Assembly: GCA_022561455.1 (NCBI GenBank)
Contig: JADFRC010000001.1
Location: forward strand, 1-48,984
Reading direction: 5' to 3'
DNA: 48,984 bases
Source of the DNA: Chloroflexota bacterium
GTDB lineage: Bacteria > Chloroflexota > Dehalococcoidia > Lucifugimonadales > Australimonadaceae
Notes under the pieces: model-generated
Seen by the model: the letters and a program-made list of their open reading frames with translations, nothing else
Databases searched by the model: none
Told to the model about the DNA's origin: nothing
Shown here: in pieces, positions 26,362-36,815 of the stretch
Numbering within the stretch: the first letter of the stretch is position 1
How the letters are laid out: every line of letters starts with the position of its first letter
Program-made: the position numbers and the translations under genes

Positions 26362-27743
26362 GCATGGTTGGCACACCCGAAGTGCTGCCTCCTTCCACGA
26401 GCGTGGGCATCGTGGGCTGGCTCAAGGCCAACCTCTTGAGCTCGCCGGTCAACGTGGCGCTCACGGTGGTGGTGGGCACGCTGACGGCGATCGCGGCCGT
26501 CGCCATGGCCCGGTGGCTCGTCTCCGCCGACTGGAGCCCCATCCACGAGAGCCTCAAGCTGTTCTTGGTGGGCCAGTATCCCAGCGAGGAGCTCTGGCGC
26601 ATCGGAGCCGTGGTGGTCGGTGCCACCGCGCTCATGGGCGTATCGTGGGCGGTGTGGGGGGGCGTCATGCGCACCTTCGCGAGGATCGTGGCCGCGGCCG
26701 GCTTGATCGTCGCGCTCACGCCCATCGAGCCGGCCGGATTCGACCTTGCGGTCCGGCTGTGGTACCTCGGCAGCGCCGCGTCGGTCGCGCTCGGCTTCGC
26801 GGTCGGACGCGCGGCCTCACTCGGCCCGAAGTGGGTCATACGGGCCTGGGCGCTGGCATTCTTCCTCGGCATGGCGCTCATCTGGGGCTTCGACGAGCGC
26901 TCGCTCGGCTCCAGCCTCCGCATGCTCTTCGGGGCGGGCGCGACGCTCACCGTCGTGTTGGCCGGCGCGGGCTGGGTGGGACGCTTCCCGCTGGCCGTCG
27001 TGCTGCGATGGCTCGCCTGGGGCTGGGCCGTGGTCTTCGTCGTGACCATCGTCATGGCCTGGGGGCTCGGTCAGACGGACCTCGCGCCGCGTGTGAACAC
27101 GAGCCGGTGGGGAGGACTGCTCCTCACGTTCGTGCTTGCCATCGTGGGTATCGTCGCATCGTTCCCCATCGGGGTTCTGCTGGCGCTGGGACGGAGGAGC
27201 CGGCTCCCGGTATTGAAGGGCCTCAGCGTCGCCTTCATCGAGCTCGTCCGTGGCGTTCCCCTGGTCACGCTGCTGTTCATGACCGTCGTCATCGTCCCTC
27301 TGTTCCTGCCACAGGGCACGAGCTTCGACCTCGTCCTGCGTGCGGTATTCGCCATCACGCTGTTCAGCTCGGCATACATGGCGGAGAACATCCGGGGCGG
27401 GCTTGCGGCCGTGCCGCTTGGGCAGATCGAGGGAGCGAAGGCGCTGGGGCTGGGCGGGTTCCAAACGATGCTGTTCATCGTGCTGCCGCAAGCGCTGCGG
27501 GCGGTCATACCGGCCATCGTTGGCCAGTTCATCAGCCTGTTCAAGGACACGAGCCTCGTGGTCATCGTCGGCCTGCTGGACATCCTCGGGATCGGGAAGT
27601 CCCTTTTCCTGGGCAACGTCCGGTGGTTCGGCGCCCAGGCGGAGGTGTACCTCTTCGTCGCCGCCGTCTTCTGGGTCTTCACGTTCGCTATGGCGTACGC
27701 GAGCAGGAAGGTAGAGGAGTCGCTCGGCGTTGGCTCCCGCTAG
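26358..27743 (+). CDS. Amino acid ABC transporter permease (AapM-like)
   Basis: 461 aa with [34 protein letters not shown]. The start TTG 26358 (or ATG 26364) overlaps the upstream stop. Confidence 0.9.
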   Translation: MSMVGTPEVLPPSTSVGIVGWLKANLLSSPVNVALTVVVGTLTAIAAVAMARWLVSADWSPIHESLKLFLVGQYPSEELWRIGAVVVGATALMGVSWAVWGGVMRTFARIVAAAGLIVALTPIEPAGFDLAVRLWYLGSAASVALGFAVGRAASLGPKWVIRAWALAFFLGMALIWGFDERSLGSSLRMLFGAGATLTVVLAGAGWVGRFPLAVVLRWLAWGWAVVFVVTIVMAWGLGQTDLAPRVNTSRWGGLLLTFVLAIVGIVASFPIGVLLALGRRSRLPVLKGLSVAFIELVRGVPLVTLLFMTVVIVPLFLPQGTSFDLVLRAVFAITLFSSAYMAENIRGGLAAVPLGQIEGAKALGLGGFQTMLFIVLPQALRAVIPAIVGQFISLFKDTSLVVIVGLLDILGIGKSLFLGNVRWFGAQAEVYLFVAAVFWVFTFAMAYASRKVEESLGVGSR

Positions 27744-27759
27744 CAACGAGGAAGGACAT

Positions 27760-28515
27760 ATGACGAGCGAGTCGTCGGAAAACCGGACAGAGAGCATCGT
27801 CTGCCGCGACGTCCACAAGTGGTTCGGCACGTTTCACGTGCTCCGAGGCCTGAGCGTCACCATCTATCAGGGGGAGGTGGTCGTCGTCTTCGGCCCTTCC
27901 GGGTCGGGCAAGTCCACCTTCATACGGACGATCAATCACCTCGAGGACCACCAGCGGGGAGAGATCGTCGTGAACGGCGTGGCGCTTACCCACGACGTAC
28001 GGAACATCGATGCGGTCCGCCGAGACGTGGGCATGGTCTTCCAGTCGTTCAACCTCTTCCCGCACCTCACGGTGATCCAGAACATCACGCTGGCGCCAAG
28101 GCGCGCGCGGAAGTGGAGCCGTGAGCGGGCGGAGGCGACCGCTGTCGAGCTCTTGGAGCGCGTTCACATCGCGGAGCTCGCGGACAAATACCCCGCGCAG
28201 ATCTCCGGCGGACAGCAGCAACGAGTGGCCATCGCCAGGGCGCTCGCCATGCAGCCGAAGATCATGCTGTTCGACGAGCCCACCTCGGCGCTCGACCCCG
28301 AGATGATCAAGGAGGTGCTGGACGTCATGCGCGAGCTGGCCACCTCCGGCATGACGATGATCGTCGTGACCCACGAGATGGGGTTCGCGAAGGAAGTCGC
28401 CGACCGCATGATGATGTTCGACGAGGGCACGATCATCGAATCGGGGACCCCGGCGCAGATCTTCGATAACCCCCAGAACGATAGGACCAAGCTCTTCCTG
28501 TCACAGATCCTCTAG
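27760..28515 (+). CDS. Amino acid ABC transporter ATP-binding protein (AapP/GlnQ-like)
   Basis: [24 protein letters not shown] and [14 protein letters not shown] 27760 is preceded by GAGGAAGGA. Confidence 0.93.
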   Translation: MTSESSENRTESIVCRDVHKWFGTFHVLRGLSVTIYQGEVVVVFGPSGSGKSTFIRTINHLEDHQRGEIVVNGVALTHDVRNIDAVRRDVGMVFQSFNLFPHLTVIQNITLAPRRARKWSRERAEATAVELLERVHIAELADKYPAQISGGQQQRVAIARALAMQPKIMLFDEPTSALDPEMIKEVLDVMRELATSGMTMIVVTHEMGFAKEVADRMMMFDEGTIIESGTPAQIFDNPQNDRTKLFLSQIL

Positions 28516-28602
28516 GATGCGCCGCGGGCACGCCACGCGCCGCGGTGCCCCCCGGAGGTTGCCAGCCGGCCAGGATCGGGCGCTCTACGCTATCCTTCAC
28601 CC

Positions 28603-29547
28603 GTGACCACGTTTTCGAGCACCGCGATCGAGGGGTTCCAGCGCCGGGTCCAGGCTCTCACGGACAATATCCTGGAGGTCGTGGTAGCGAAGCCCGGCGT
28701 CGTCAGGATGGCCGTGCTGGGGCTCCTATGCCAGGGCCACGTCCTGCTGGACGATCTGCCCGGCGTGGGCAAGACTCTCTTGGCCAAGGCGCTGGCTCGG
28801 TCGCTCGATGCCAGCTTCAAGCGCATCCAGTTCACCCCGGACCTGTTGCCCTCCGACATCACCGGCTCTTCCATCTACGATCCCAGCAGCCAAGCGTTCC
28901 GCTTCGTCCCCGGGCCGATCTTCGCGAATGTCGTGCTGGCCGATGAGATAAACCGCTCCAGCCCGCGGACCCAATCGGCGCTGCTGGAGGCGATGGGCGA
29001 GGGGCAGGTGACGTTCGATGGCGTGGCGCATCCCCTGCCCCGCCCCTTCTTCGTCATCGCCACCCGCAACCTGGCGGAGATGCACGGCACCTTCCCGCTG
29101 CCGCAAGCCCAGCTGGACCGCTTCTTGCTGGCGTTCGGCATCGGCTATCCCAGCCAGGAAGAGGAGGTGGAGATCCTGGAGCGCCATGAGCGCGGGCGGT
29201 CCAGCCCACCGACGGTCCTGTCCGCGGAGGAGATCGTGACCATGCAGGACCAGCTCTACCTGGTGGAGGTATCCCGCCCGGTGAAGGAGTACATCGCCCG
29301 CATCGTGGCGGAGACCCGCGCCAGCGATGAGATAGCCATCGGCGTGAGCCCGCGCGGAGCGGTGCACCTGCAGCGGGTTGCCCAGGGGAGGGCCGCGATG
29401 GAGGGCAGGAGCTTCGCCACGCCCGATGACGTGAAGTCGGTGGCCCCCGCCGTCCTCCTGCACCGCCTGTTGCCCCGCTCCTCGCAGTCCGGTGCCGCCG
29501 CCGCGAGCCTCGACGCGGTCCTGGACGCGGTCCCCATCCCCCTGTAG
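28603..29547 (+). CDS. MoxR-family AAA+ ATPase
   Basis: Walker A DDLPGVGKT, FKRIQFTPDLLPSDITG, Walker B VLADEINR and SPRG sensor region. GTG start. Confidence 0.92.
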   Translation: MTTFSSTAIEGFQRRVQALTDNILEVVVAKPGVVRMAVLGLLCQGHVLLDDLPGVGKTLLAKALARSLDASFKRIQFTPDLLPSDITGSSIYDPSSQAFRFVPGPIFANVVLADEINRSSPRTQSALLEAMGEGQVTFDGVAHPLPRPFFVIATRNLAEMHGTFPLPQAQLDRFLLAFGIGYPSQEEEVEILERHERGRSSPPTVLSAEEIVTMQDQLYLVEVSRPVKEYIARIVAETRASDEIAIGVSPRGAVHLQRVAQGRAAMEGRSFATPDDVKSVAPAVLLHRLLPRSSQSGAAAASLDAVLDAVPIPL

Positions 29548-29561
29548 GGAGCGCCGCCCCG

Positions 29562-30764
29562 ATGACCAAAGCTGGCGCAGCATTCATCGGAGCGGGGGTG
29601 GCGGTCTACGTCCTGGGCGGTCAGACCCAGATCGGCTGGCTCTACCTTCTGGATGCGATGATCTGGAGCCTGGTAGCGCTCTCGGCGCTCCTCCCCTGGT
29701 GGAGCCTCCGGTCCTTGCGGATAGAGCGCCAGGTGTGCCTCCCTACCCCTCCGGGCGAGCAGCAGGACCAGGCCCTCCCGGTCGAGGGCGGGACGGTGGA
29801 GGTCAGGCTGACGGTGACGAACCGGGGGCGCCTGGCCCGATACTTCGTCAAAGTGGTCGAGGAGTGTCCTCTGGAGGAGCCCGAGGCTCGGTCCAAAGCC
29901 TTCCTCCTCCCGGCCGTGGGGGCGCGGTCCGATGTGGTCTTTTCCTACACGGCCGCCTGCTACCGGCGGGGGCGGTACACCTCCGCGACGGCCGTCCTGG
30001 AGACGGCCGCGCCTCTGGGCCTCTTCGTCCGCCGCCGCCGTTACGATCTTCCTCTTGCCGTGACCGTCTACCCCGCGTCCTACGAGATGGAAGGAGTGCC
30101 CGCCACCAGCGACGTCTGGGCAGACCAAGGACAGGCGGTCCGGTCCAGCGCCGCGTCCGACTTCTACGGTTCTCGGGAGTATCAGTACGGGGACCCCCTC
30201 AGGCACATCCACTGGCGCAACACCGCTCGGCTGGGCCGGTTCGTCGTCAAGGAGTTCGAGGAGACCAGCCAGGGCTCCATCGCCGTGGCCTTCGAGACCG
30301 CGCGGGAGTGGGGCGTGGGCAAAGAGACCACCGTGGAGTACGCCATCAGGATCGCTGCGAGTCTGGCCCGCCACGGGGGCGGCGCTGGGCGCAGCATCGG
30401 CATCCTGGCCGGCCCGGCGCCGTTGTCCGGGGCTCACTGGTTGGAGGCGATGGACTATCTCGCCGGGCTTGCGCTGGGCGAGACGGCCAGCCTGGACGAG
30501 CTCACCGCGGCACCGGAGGCCGGGCGGACCCTCTTGGCCATCGTTCCGGCCAATGAGACCGGTCTCATTCCCAGCCTGCAGCGCCTGGGCGAACGGGAGA
30601 GGCGCCTGGTGGTGGTGCTGACCGAAGGCTTTGGCGCCGGCGAGATGCCCGAGGAGTTCGCCTCGCGGTTGGGCGGCGGCAGCATCGACCTAGTCCGCTG
30701 CTCCCGAGGCGATCTCGGGGCAGCCGTGGAGGCACTGGGCCGTTCCCGGCTGTTCGCGGGTTAG
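29562..30764 (+). CDS. DUF58 domain protein (MoxR partner, vWA-like)
   Basis: N-terminal two TM segments plus the diagnostic FYGSREYQYGDPLRHIHWRNTAR block. Confidence 0.88.
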   Translation: MTKAGAAFIGAGVAVYVLGGQTQIGWLYLLDAMIWSLVALSALLPWWSLRSLRIERQVCLPTPPGEQQDQALPVEGGTVEVRLTVTNRGRLARYFVKVVEECPLEEPEARSKAFLLPAVGARSDVVFSYTAACYRRGRYTSATAVLETAAPLGLFVRRRRYDLPLAVTVYPASYEMEGVPATSDVWADQGQAVRSSAASDFYGSREYQYGDPLRHIHWRNTARLGRFVVKEFEETSQGSIAVAFETAREWGVGKETTVEYAIRIAASLARHGGGAGRSIGILAGPAPLSGAHWLEAMDYLAGLALGETASLDELTAAPEAGRTLLAIVPANETGLIPSLQRLGERERRLVVVLTEGFGAGEMPEEFASRLGGGSIDLVRCSRGDLGAAVEALGRSRLFAG

Positions 30765-30788
30765 CGCACGGCGGCCACGGGCCAAGGC

Positions 30789-32873
30789 GTGAGCATGACC
30801 AGATACGCCCTTAATTTCAGGTTCCTGGCCTTCCTGGCCATCAGCTGCTCGATAGCCGCGGTCGCGCTGGTGAGTAGCGATCCCCTGCTGTTTGGGGTCG
30901 GCGTCGCGGGGCTGGCCACCGGCACCGTCTACATGCGGCGCGTGCGCTATGCCCGATCGCGGGTGCGCACAGGCGTTCTGCTCCTCCTGCTCCTCGTCCT
31001 CCTGGCCCTCCTGGGGCGAGACATGCTCTTCTCGCTGAACAGCGACCCGCTCCTGCTGGCACGCTACCTCGTCTTCGGGCTGATCGTCGGCAGCTTCGAC
31101 CTGCGGACCCGGAGGAACGTCCTGGGCACCCTGGTCCTGGCGGGCATGCTCTTCGTGCTGCTCACCACGATGGCCTTCAGCCTGTGGTTCCCTGTCCTGA
31201 TGGGCGCCTTCGTACTCCTCGCGCTCGCCGCGGCGACGGTGGGCCACATCGACGAGGAGGCCAGCCGGGCGGTCGTGGTGGGCGGGGGCACTCGACGGGC
31301 GGCAGGCATGCTCTGGACGGGCTTCGGGACGGTGTTCGTGCTCCTCTCGGTGGCCCTTTTCCTGCTGATGCCCCGGATCGGAGCCGCCGGCCTCGTCCAA
31401 GCGAACTGGCTTCCCAGCCGGATCGACCTGACCCGTGGGGGGCCGTCTTTTCTCCCCAGCCGGCCCGGCGTTGGCCTTTCGCCCGGGGTACTGCCCTCTG
31501 AACAGCTTCGCGGAGCCGGTGAATACGTTGCCCTGGGATATACAGGCTCGGCCGCGGACAAGGTTGTGATGTACGTCCGGAGCCGCGTGTCCAGCTATTG
31601 GCGTGGCGCTACCCTCGACGAATACGATGGCGCGGGATGGCTGCCCTCGACCTCCAGAGTCACGCTGGTCGATGAGGGCCAGGGCGGCTACGTATTCCCG
31701 GATTCGAACCTCCGCACGGTGGGGCGCAGCTGGTACTCCCAGACCTACTACCTCCAGACTGACCAGCCCAACGCCATCTTCACCGGCTACAGCCCCGGGC
31801 GGCTCTTTCTGCCCCGCACCAGTCAATCGGGACTCTATCGAGGCACCGTCTACCGCGCCGTCTCGCCGGTGCCGAACCTCACCCCCGGGCAGCTCCGCCG
31901 CGACCAGGCGGATGCAGCCCAGCAGGCAGACCTGGCCCTCCCACCCATCGGCGCGAGGACCAAAGCCCTCGCAGAATCGATCGTCGAGGGCGCCGCGACG
32001 GACTGGGACAAGGCGGTCCGTCTGGAGCAGTTCCTGCTCCGCAACTACCCCTATGACCTGGACGTGGAGCCACTGACCCCAGGGAGAGATGCCGTCGAGG
32101 TCTTCCTGTTCGAGCAGCAGGCGGGCTACTGCTCGCAGTTCGCGACCGCCATGGCCGTCATGGCGCGCCACGTCGGGCTGCCGGCCCGCGTCGCCATGGG
32201 CTATCTGCCCGGCGTGTACGACCCGCTGACCGGTGCGACCGCAGTGCGCGCGGGCGATGCCCACGCATGGGTGGAGATCCGCTTCCGGGTCGCCGGCTGG
32301 GTGGCGTTCGACCCCACGCCGAGGCCCGACTTCGTCCTGAGCCCGAGGGCAGGCCAAGGCTGGGTCTCCTTCGGCCTCATGGACTTCGTCGGCGTCGACT
32401 TCACCCGTGCCATCGCGTCGCTCGCGGCCGACTGGGACCTCGGCCAGCTCACCCTGCCCGGTTGGGGCGCGCTCGCCGTCCTTGGAGCGGCCGCCCTGGC
32501 CGTGGCTTCGGCCGCGCTGTTCCTTGCCCGCCGCAAACGAAGCGGTGGACCGAGCGTAACGGGATACACGGCGCTTGCTGGCGAGCCCCGGCGGGCCGTC
32601 TTGGACGTCTACCGCCGGATGGCCCTTCTGCTCGTCAGGAGGGGCTTGGCGCCGCGGCGACCCGCCCAGACACCCCACGAATACCTGAGGCAGGTCGCCC
32701 CCCAGCTTGCCGGCGGTATCGAGACGGTGGAGTGGCTGACCGAGGCGACCAGAGCAGCCGCCTACGATCCAAGGCCCTTCGACCCATCCGTGGCCCGGGA
32801 AGCGGGCGGCAGATTCGCTGCCCTCCCGCGCACGCTCACCGTCAAGATGATCGAGACGCCACCGCCACCGTGA
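30789..32873 (+). CDS. Transglutaminase-like membrane protein (TgpA-like: N-terminal multi-TM + transglutaminase core + C-terminal DUF4129-like)
   Basis: GYCSQFATAMAVMARHVGLPARVAMGY (Cys), GDAHAWVEI (His) and FDPTP (Asp). Multiple N-terminal TM helices and one TM after the core. Confidence 0.88.
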   Translation: MSMTRYALNFRFLAFLAISCSIAAVALVSSDPLLFGVGVAGLATGTVYMRRVRYARSRVRTGVLLLLLLVLLALLGRDMLFSLNSDPLLLARYLVFGLIVGSFDLRTRRNVLGTLVLAGMLFVLLTTMAFSLWFPVLMGAFVLLALAAATVGHIDEEASRAVVVGGGTRRAAGMLWTGFGTVFVLLSVALFLLMPRIGAAGLVQANWLPSRIDLTRGGPSFLPSRPGVGLSPGVLPSEQLRGAGEYVALGYTGSAADKVVMYVRSRVSSYWRGATLDEYDGAGWLPSTSRVTLVDEGQGGYVFPDSNLRTVGRSWYSQTYYLQTDQPNAIFTGYSPGRLFLPRTSQSGLYRGTVYRAVSPVPNLTPGQLRRDQADAAQQADLALPPIGARTKALAESIVEGAATDWDKAVRLEQFLLRNYPYDLDVEPLTPGRDAVEVFLFEQQAGYCSQFATAMAVMARHVGLPARVAMGYLPGVYDPLTGATAVRAGDAHAWVEIRFRVAGWVAFDPTPRPDFVLSPRAGQGWVSFGLMDFVGVDFTRAIASLAADWDLGQLTLPGWGALAVLGAAALAVASAALFLARRKRSGGPSVTGYTALAGEPRRAVLDVYRRMALLLVRRGLAPRRPAQTPHEYLRQVAPQLAGGIETVEWLTEATRAAAYDPRPFDPSVAREAGGRFAALPRTLTVKMIETPPPP

Positions 32874-32980
32874 GCGAGTCTCGGTCTAGCTGATAGCGGC
32901 CTCGTGCGTTGACACCTTCCGAGCGCCCGCCTATAGTCCGCGCAAGCTTATTGAACGCGTTGTCGGAGGAGGTTGTTGGG

Positions 32981-33469
32981 ATGGTCGCACCTAGCCCGAA
33001 GAAGCAGAACGCACCGAGCAAGGAAGTCACGATCAACAACGTCTGGGACAAGGTCGAGTTCACCAGAGCGCGACAGCGGATCGCCCTCGCGCACGAGCCA
33101 AAGGACATCGAGATCGCGGTCAACTGTTACGCCCCCGGTGCCCGCAACGAGATGCACTTCCACGTCGGCACCGGCCAGACGTTCCTGGTGCTCAAGGGCA
33201 CCGCTGAGATACGCCACCGCCACAAGGACCTGCCGGCCGAGGAGACGAAGACGGACACCCTGGTCGAGGGCGGCAGCATCCTCATCCCCGCCAACGTGTA
33301 CTACCAGCTCCACAACCCCGGCCCGGACGAGCTCGTGCTCTACCAGGTCAAGCAGCCCGGAGAGCTCATCTCGGTCGAAGGCAAGGGCGTGATCAAGCCC
33401 GGTGACTACTTCACGAAGGACAGGGAGGCACAGGCCGACCTCGGTGGCTCGAAGCAGACCGTGAGCTAA
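32981..33469 (+). CDS. Cupin domain protein
   Basis: NEMHFHVGTGQTFLVLKGTAEI ... IPANVYYQLHNPG single cupin barrel. ATG 32981 is preferred over TTG 32909 (GGAGGAGG upstream). Confidence 0.72.
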   Translation: MVAPSPKKQNAPSKEVTINNVWDKVEFTRARQRIALAHEPKDIEIAVNCYAPGARNEMHFHVGTGQTFLVLKGTAEIRHRHKDLPAEETKTDTLVEGGSILIPANVYYQLHNPGPDELVLYQVKQPGELISVEGKGVIKPGDYFTKDREAQADLGGSKQTVS

Positions 33470-33615
33470 CCGGTGGAGTCGGAGCGAAGAGATCAAGGCC
33501 TCGCGGCGCGCGATAGACGCGGAGAGAGCCGTCGACGCCGCGGCGTCGTACACACCTAAAGACACACCCAGATCGGCGGCTCGGGTCCGAATCACGGTGG
33601 AACAGAGGAGACTCG

Positions 33616-34857
33616 ATGATGCGGAACTCACTGGCACCAAGGATGATCCGATGGTCGACGTTGGTCGGCGCCCTCGGGGCGTTGGCGCTGTTCGCGGCAG
33701 CGTGCGGATCTGACCCGACGGCCACGCCGCTCCCAACGGCTACGCCCGCGCCCACGGCGACGTCCATCCCCGGGCAGCCGACGGCGACCCCGACGGAGGC
33801 CCCGCCGGCCTGGGTGGCCGAGTGGGATGCGGCCGTCGCGGCCGCGCAGGCGGAGGGCAAGGTCGTCATTGCGCTGGGCGGCAACGCGAGCCGGACCTAC
33901 TCACCGCGGTTCGAGGCATTCGAAGCCGAGATGGGCATCGAGGTCATCGCAGGCACGGGCGGCGGATCGGTGCAGTTCGCGAAGATCAGCGCCGAGCGGG
34001 AAGCGGGCGTCTTCACGACGGACGTTTGGATGACGGGCGTGACGTCGACCAAGAACGTGAACAGCGTCGGCGCCCTGAAGGACAACATCTCAGACCACCT
34101 CATCCTGGCCGACGTGGTCGACCCGAACACCTGGGTCGATGGACACCTCTGGTTCCCGAATGGGCTCGAGGACACCACCATCGCGTTCTGCGCTTCGCCG
34201 AACGTCGCGTTCTCCTACAACACGGACCTGGTAGACGCATCGCAGCTGACCTCGTGGTGGGACCTCGTTGACGGGCGCTTCAAGGGACAGTGGGTAGGCA
34301 AGCTCCCTTGGGAGCCGGGGCAGACGGACTCCGAGCACTTCATCAACAAGCCGGAGCTCGGCGAGGCATTCATCCGGGCGTTCATACTCGACCAAGACGC
34401 GGAGTGGGTGGCTGACGCTCAGCAGGCGGTGGACCTGCTCGCGAAGGGCGTGAAGTCCATCTTCATGCCGACGGGCAACGCATCGAGCGACATCGAAGCC
34501 CTCGAGAGCTTCGGTCTGCCCGTGAAGAACCACTTCGCTCAGGGCTTCAAGGAAGGTGGTGTGATTGGCATCGGCGGCCTCTGTTCTCTGTCGCTGCTGA
34601 AAGACCCACCGCACCCCAACGCTCAGAAGGTCTTCCTCAACTGGTGGCTCACCAAGGAGAACCAATACGCGGCGGGCGGGATCAACGGGCTCAGCCACTC
34701 GCTCCGCGTGGACGTTCCGACGGACAACCTGCTGGAGAACTACATCCGTAAGGAAGGGGTCGAGTACTTCTTCCCGGAGGCCGACCCGAACGTCCCCACG
34801 GACAACCCTGGCCTCGCATTCAACAGGCAGCTTGCCGACGAGGCGGGATTGCGGTAG
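33616..34857 (+). CDS. ABC transporter substrate-binding lipoprotein, family 1 (iron(III)/polyamine/thiamine-type)
   Basis: Lipobox LFAAACGS followed by a Thr/Pro-rich linker. The family call is from size and the operon partners. Confidence 0.8.
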   Translation: MMRNSLAPRMIRWSTLVGALGALALFAAACGSDPTATPLPTATPAPTATSIPGQPTATPTEAPPAWVAEWDAAVAAAQAEGKVVIALGGNASRTYSPRFEAFEAEMGIEVIAGTGGGSVQFAKISAEREAGVFTTDVWMTGVTSTKNVNSVGALKDNISDHLILADVVDPNTWVDGHLWFPNGLEDTTIAFCASPNVAFSYNTDLVDASQLTSWWDLVDGRFKGQWVGKLPWEPGQTDSEHFINKPELGEAFIRAFILDQDAEWVADAQQAVDLLAKGVKSIFMPTGNASSDIEALESFGLPVKNHFAQGFKEGGVIGIGGLCSLSLLKDPPHPNAQKVFLNWWLTKENQYAAGGINGLSHSLRVDVPTDNLLENYIRKEGVEYFFPEADPNVPTDNPGLAFNRQLADEAGLR

Positions 34858-34905
34858 GCGGTCGCTGCGACAGCGCTTCGGAAGCGCGCAAGGCATAGTA
34901 ACGGC

Positions 34906-34933
34906 GGAGTGGCCCGCGGGCGAGGGCCACTCC
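34906..34933 (+). other. Perfect 10-bp intercistronic stem-loop after the SBP gene
   Basis: GGAGTGGCCC - GCGGGCGA - GGGCCACTCC. A second small hairpin GCGCTTCGGAAGCGC lies about 25 nt upstream. Confidence 0.55.
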
Positions 34934-34967
34934 GCAACGTGATAGGGCACGGGCCGGAGATAAGTTC

Positions 34968-36809
34968 ATGGCGAAGTTAGGTGAGACGCTGACCCGTCGG
35001 CGGCCTCTGATAGAGCTGCACCGGCCAGCCAACAGCACGGTGTTCGTCGCCGTGCTGGTCGTCTTGCTCGCCGGCTATATCCTCTATCCCACCCTTCTGA
35101 TCCTCATCAACAGCTTCAACACGTCGACGATTCCCCAGCAGGGGTTCAGTTTCGGACTCGACAACTGGCAAATCGCGTTCACGAAGCCGGGCATCTTCTC
35201 GGCCCTCTGGCACACGGTCCTGATCTGGTTCCTTTACACGGGCATCAGCTTCCCCGTGGCCGTGCTGATCGCGTGGGCCTTGGCGCGCCTGCACATCCCC
35301 GGCAGCTACACGCTGGAGTTCATGTTCTGGGTGTCGTTCATGTTCCCGACCATCGCGGTAGCGACGGGATGGATCATGCTCCTGGACCCGAACCTGGGCT
35401 TCATCAACATCCTCGCCGCCAAGCTGCCGTTCGTCGATCGCTTCATCTTCGACATCTTCAGCGTCCCGGGGATCGTGCTGGTGCACCTCCTGTCCACCGC
35501 GATCTCGGCCAAGGTGATGCTGCTGACTCCTGCGTTCCGCAACATGGACTCCTCGATGGAGGAGGCCAGCCGTATGGCGGGCGCGTCGACGTTCAAGACG
35601 ATGATGCGCGTGACACTGCCGGTCATGACGCCGATCCTCGTCGTCGTCTTCGCGCTCAACACAATCCGCCTGTTCGAGTCGTTCGAGATCGAGTGGCTCC
35701 TGGGTGTCCGCTTCAACTACTTCGTCTACTCGACGAAGCTCTTCTCGCTGATCCGGGACGAGGTGCCGCAGTGGGGTCAGGCGACGGCGCTCGGCTCGAT
35801 CACGCTGATCATGATCGCGATCCTGCTGCCGCTCCAGCGCTGGCTCCTCGGCCGGCGGAACTTCGAGACGGTGACGGGGCGTTTCCGCCCCGGCTTCATC
35901 GAGATCGGCCGATGGCGCTGGGTGATCTTTGGCGGCATCACCACGCTCCTCTTCCTGCTGACCGTCGCGCCGTTCTTCTCGCTCATCCTGGGCAGCTTCA
36001 TGAACCGGATCGGCTACTTCGAGTGGGTCCCCATATTCACGCTTGATCACTGGAAGTTCGTGTTCAACGATGGGCAGTTCTGGGACGGGATCAGGACGAC
36101 CCTAATCCTGGCGTTCTCGACGGCGTTGATCAGCCCGATCCTCTTCTCGATCTTCGCCTACATCCTGGTGCGTACGAAGTGGCGGTTCAGGGCGGCGCTC
36201 GAGACGATGATCTGGCTATCGGCCGCCATCCCGGGCATCCTGTCCAGCATCGGGCTACTCTGGGCGGTCTTGGGCACCGAGTTCTTCGGCTGGCGTCCCT
36301 TCCTGCCCCTCTACGGCACCATCTACCTCCTCATACTGGTAGTCATCCTCCAGGGCAAGCTGACGAGCACGACGTTCATCAAGGGCGTGTTCATCCAGCT
36401 CGGCTCGGAGCTCGAGGAGGCCTCCCGTATCGCCGGTGCAAACTGGGTGCAGACCTATCTGCGCGTCTGGATGCCCCTAATCATGCCCACGCTGATCCTG
36501 CTGGGCACCTTCAATTTCGTGCTGGCTGCTTCGACGACGAGCAGCATCATCCTGCTGTCGGCTATCGGCACCAAGACGCTGTCCATACTGACCCTGGAGC
36601 TGTCCTCGCCGGGCCTCGGCATGCGGGAGGAGGCCGGCGTCGTGACCATCGTCATCATCATCATGACGGTGGGCGTTGCACTTGTCGCACGCCGGTTCGG
36701 ACTGCAGCTCGGCGTCCGCCACGACGCGCGGGCCCGAGACGCCGCCCGCCAGGGCGTACCGGTGACCGTCGACCCCGCGGCTGCCTCGCCGGGGCAAGGC
36801 GCGCGGTAA
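34968..36809 (+). CDS. Fused two-domain ABC transporter permease (FbpB/ThiP-like)
   Basis: 613 aa with two EAA-type loops (MEEASRMAGASTFKTMMRVTLP and LEEASRIAGANWVQTYLRVWMP). Confidence 0.88.
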   Translation: MAKLGETLTRRRPLIELHRPANSTVFVAVLVVLLAGYILYPTLLILINSFNTSTIPQQGFSFGLDNWQIAFTKPGIFSALWHTVLIWFLYTGISFPVAVLIAWALARLHIPGSYTLEFMFWVSFMFPTIAVATGWIMLLDPNLGFINILAAKLPFVDRFIFDIFSVPGIVLVHLLSTAISAKVMLLTPAFRNMDSSMEEASRMAGASTFKTMMRVTLPVMTPILVVVFALNTIRLFESFEIEWLLGVRFNYFVYSTKLFSLIRDEVPQWGQATALGSITLIMIAILLPLQRWLLGRRNFETVTGRFRPGFIEIGRWRWVIFGGITTLLFLLTVAPFFSLILGSFMNRIGYFEWVPIFTLDHWKFVFNDGQFWDGIRTTLILAFSTALISPILFSIFAYILVRTKWRFRAALETMIWLSAAIPGILSSIGLLWAVLGTEFFGWRPFLPLYGTIYLLILVVILQGKLTSTTFIKGVFIQLGSELEEASRIAGANWVQTYLRVWMPLIMPTLILLGTFNFVLAASTTSSIILLSAIGTKTLSILTLELSSPGLGMREEAGVVTIVIIIMTVGVALVARRFGLQLGVRHDARARDAARQGVPVTVDPAAASPGQGAR

Positions 36810-36815
36810 GGGGCC

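Noticed and set aside
30690-32678. 662-aa minus-strand ORF
   Set aside because: It is antisense to the transglutaminase-like gene, which has an intact Cys-His-Asp core. Shadow ORF.
33533-33548. 16-nt perfect palindrome CGACGCCGCGGCGTCG between the cupin gene and the family-1 SBP gene
   Set aside because: A GC-only palindrome of this length is not rare in a genome of this composition. It may be a weak terminator or operator, but nothing else supports a specific role.
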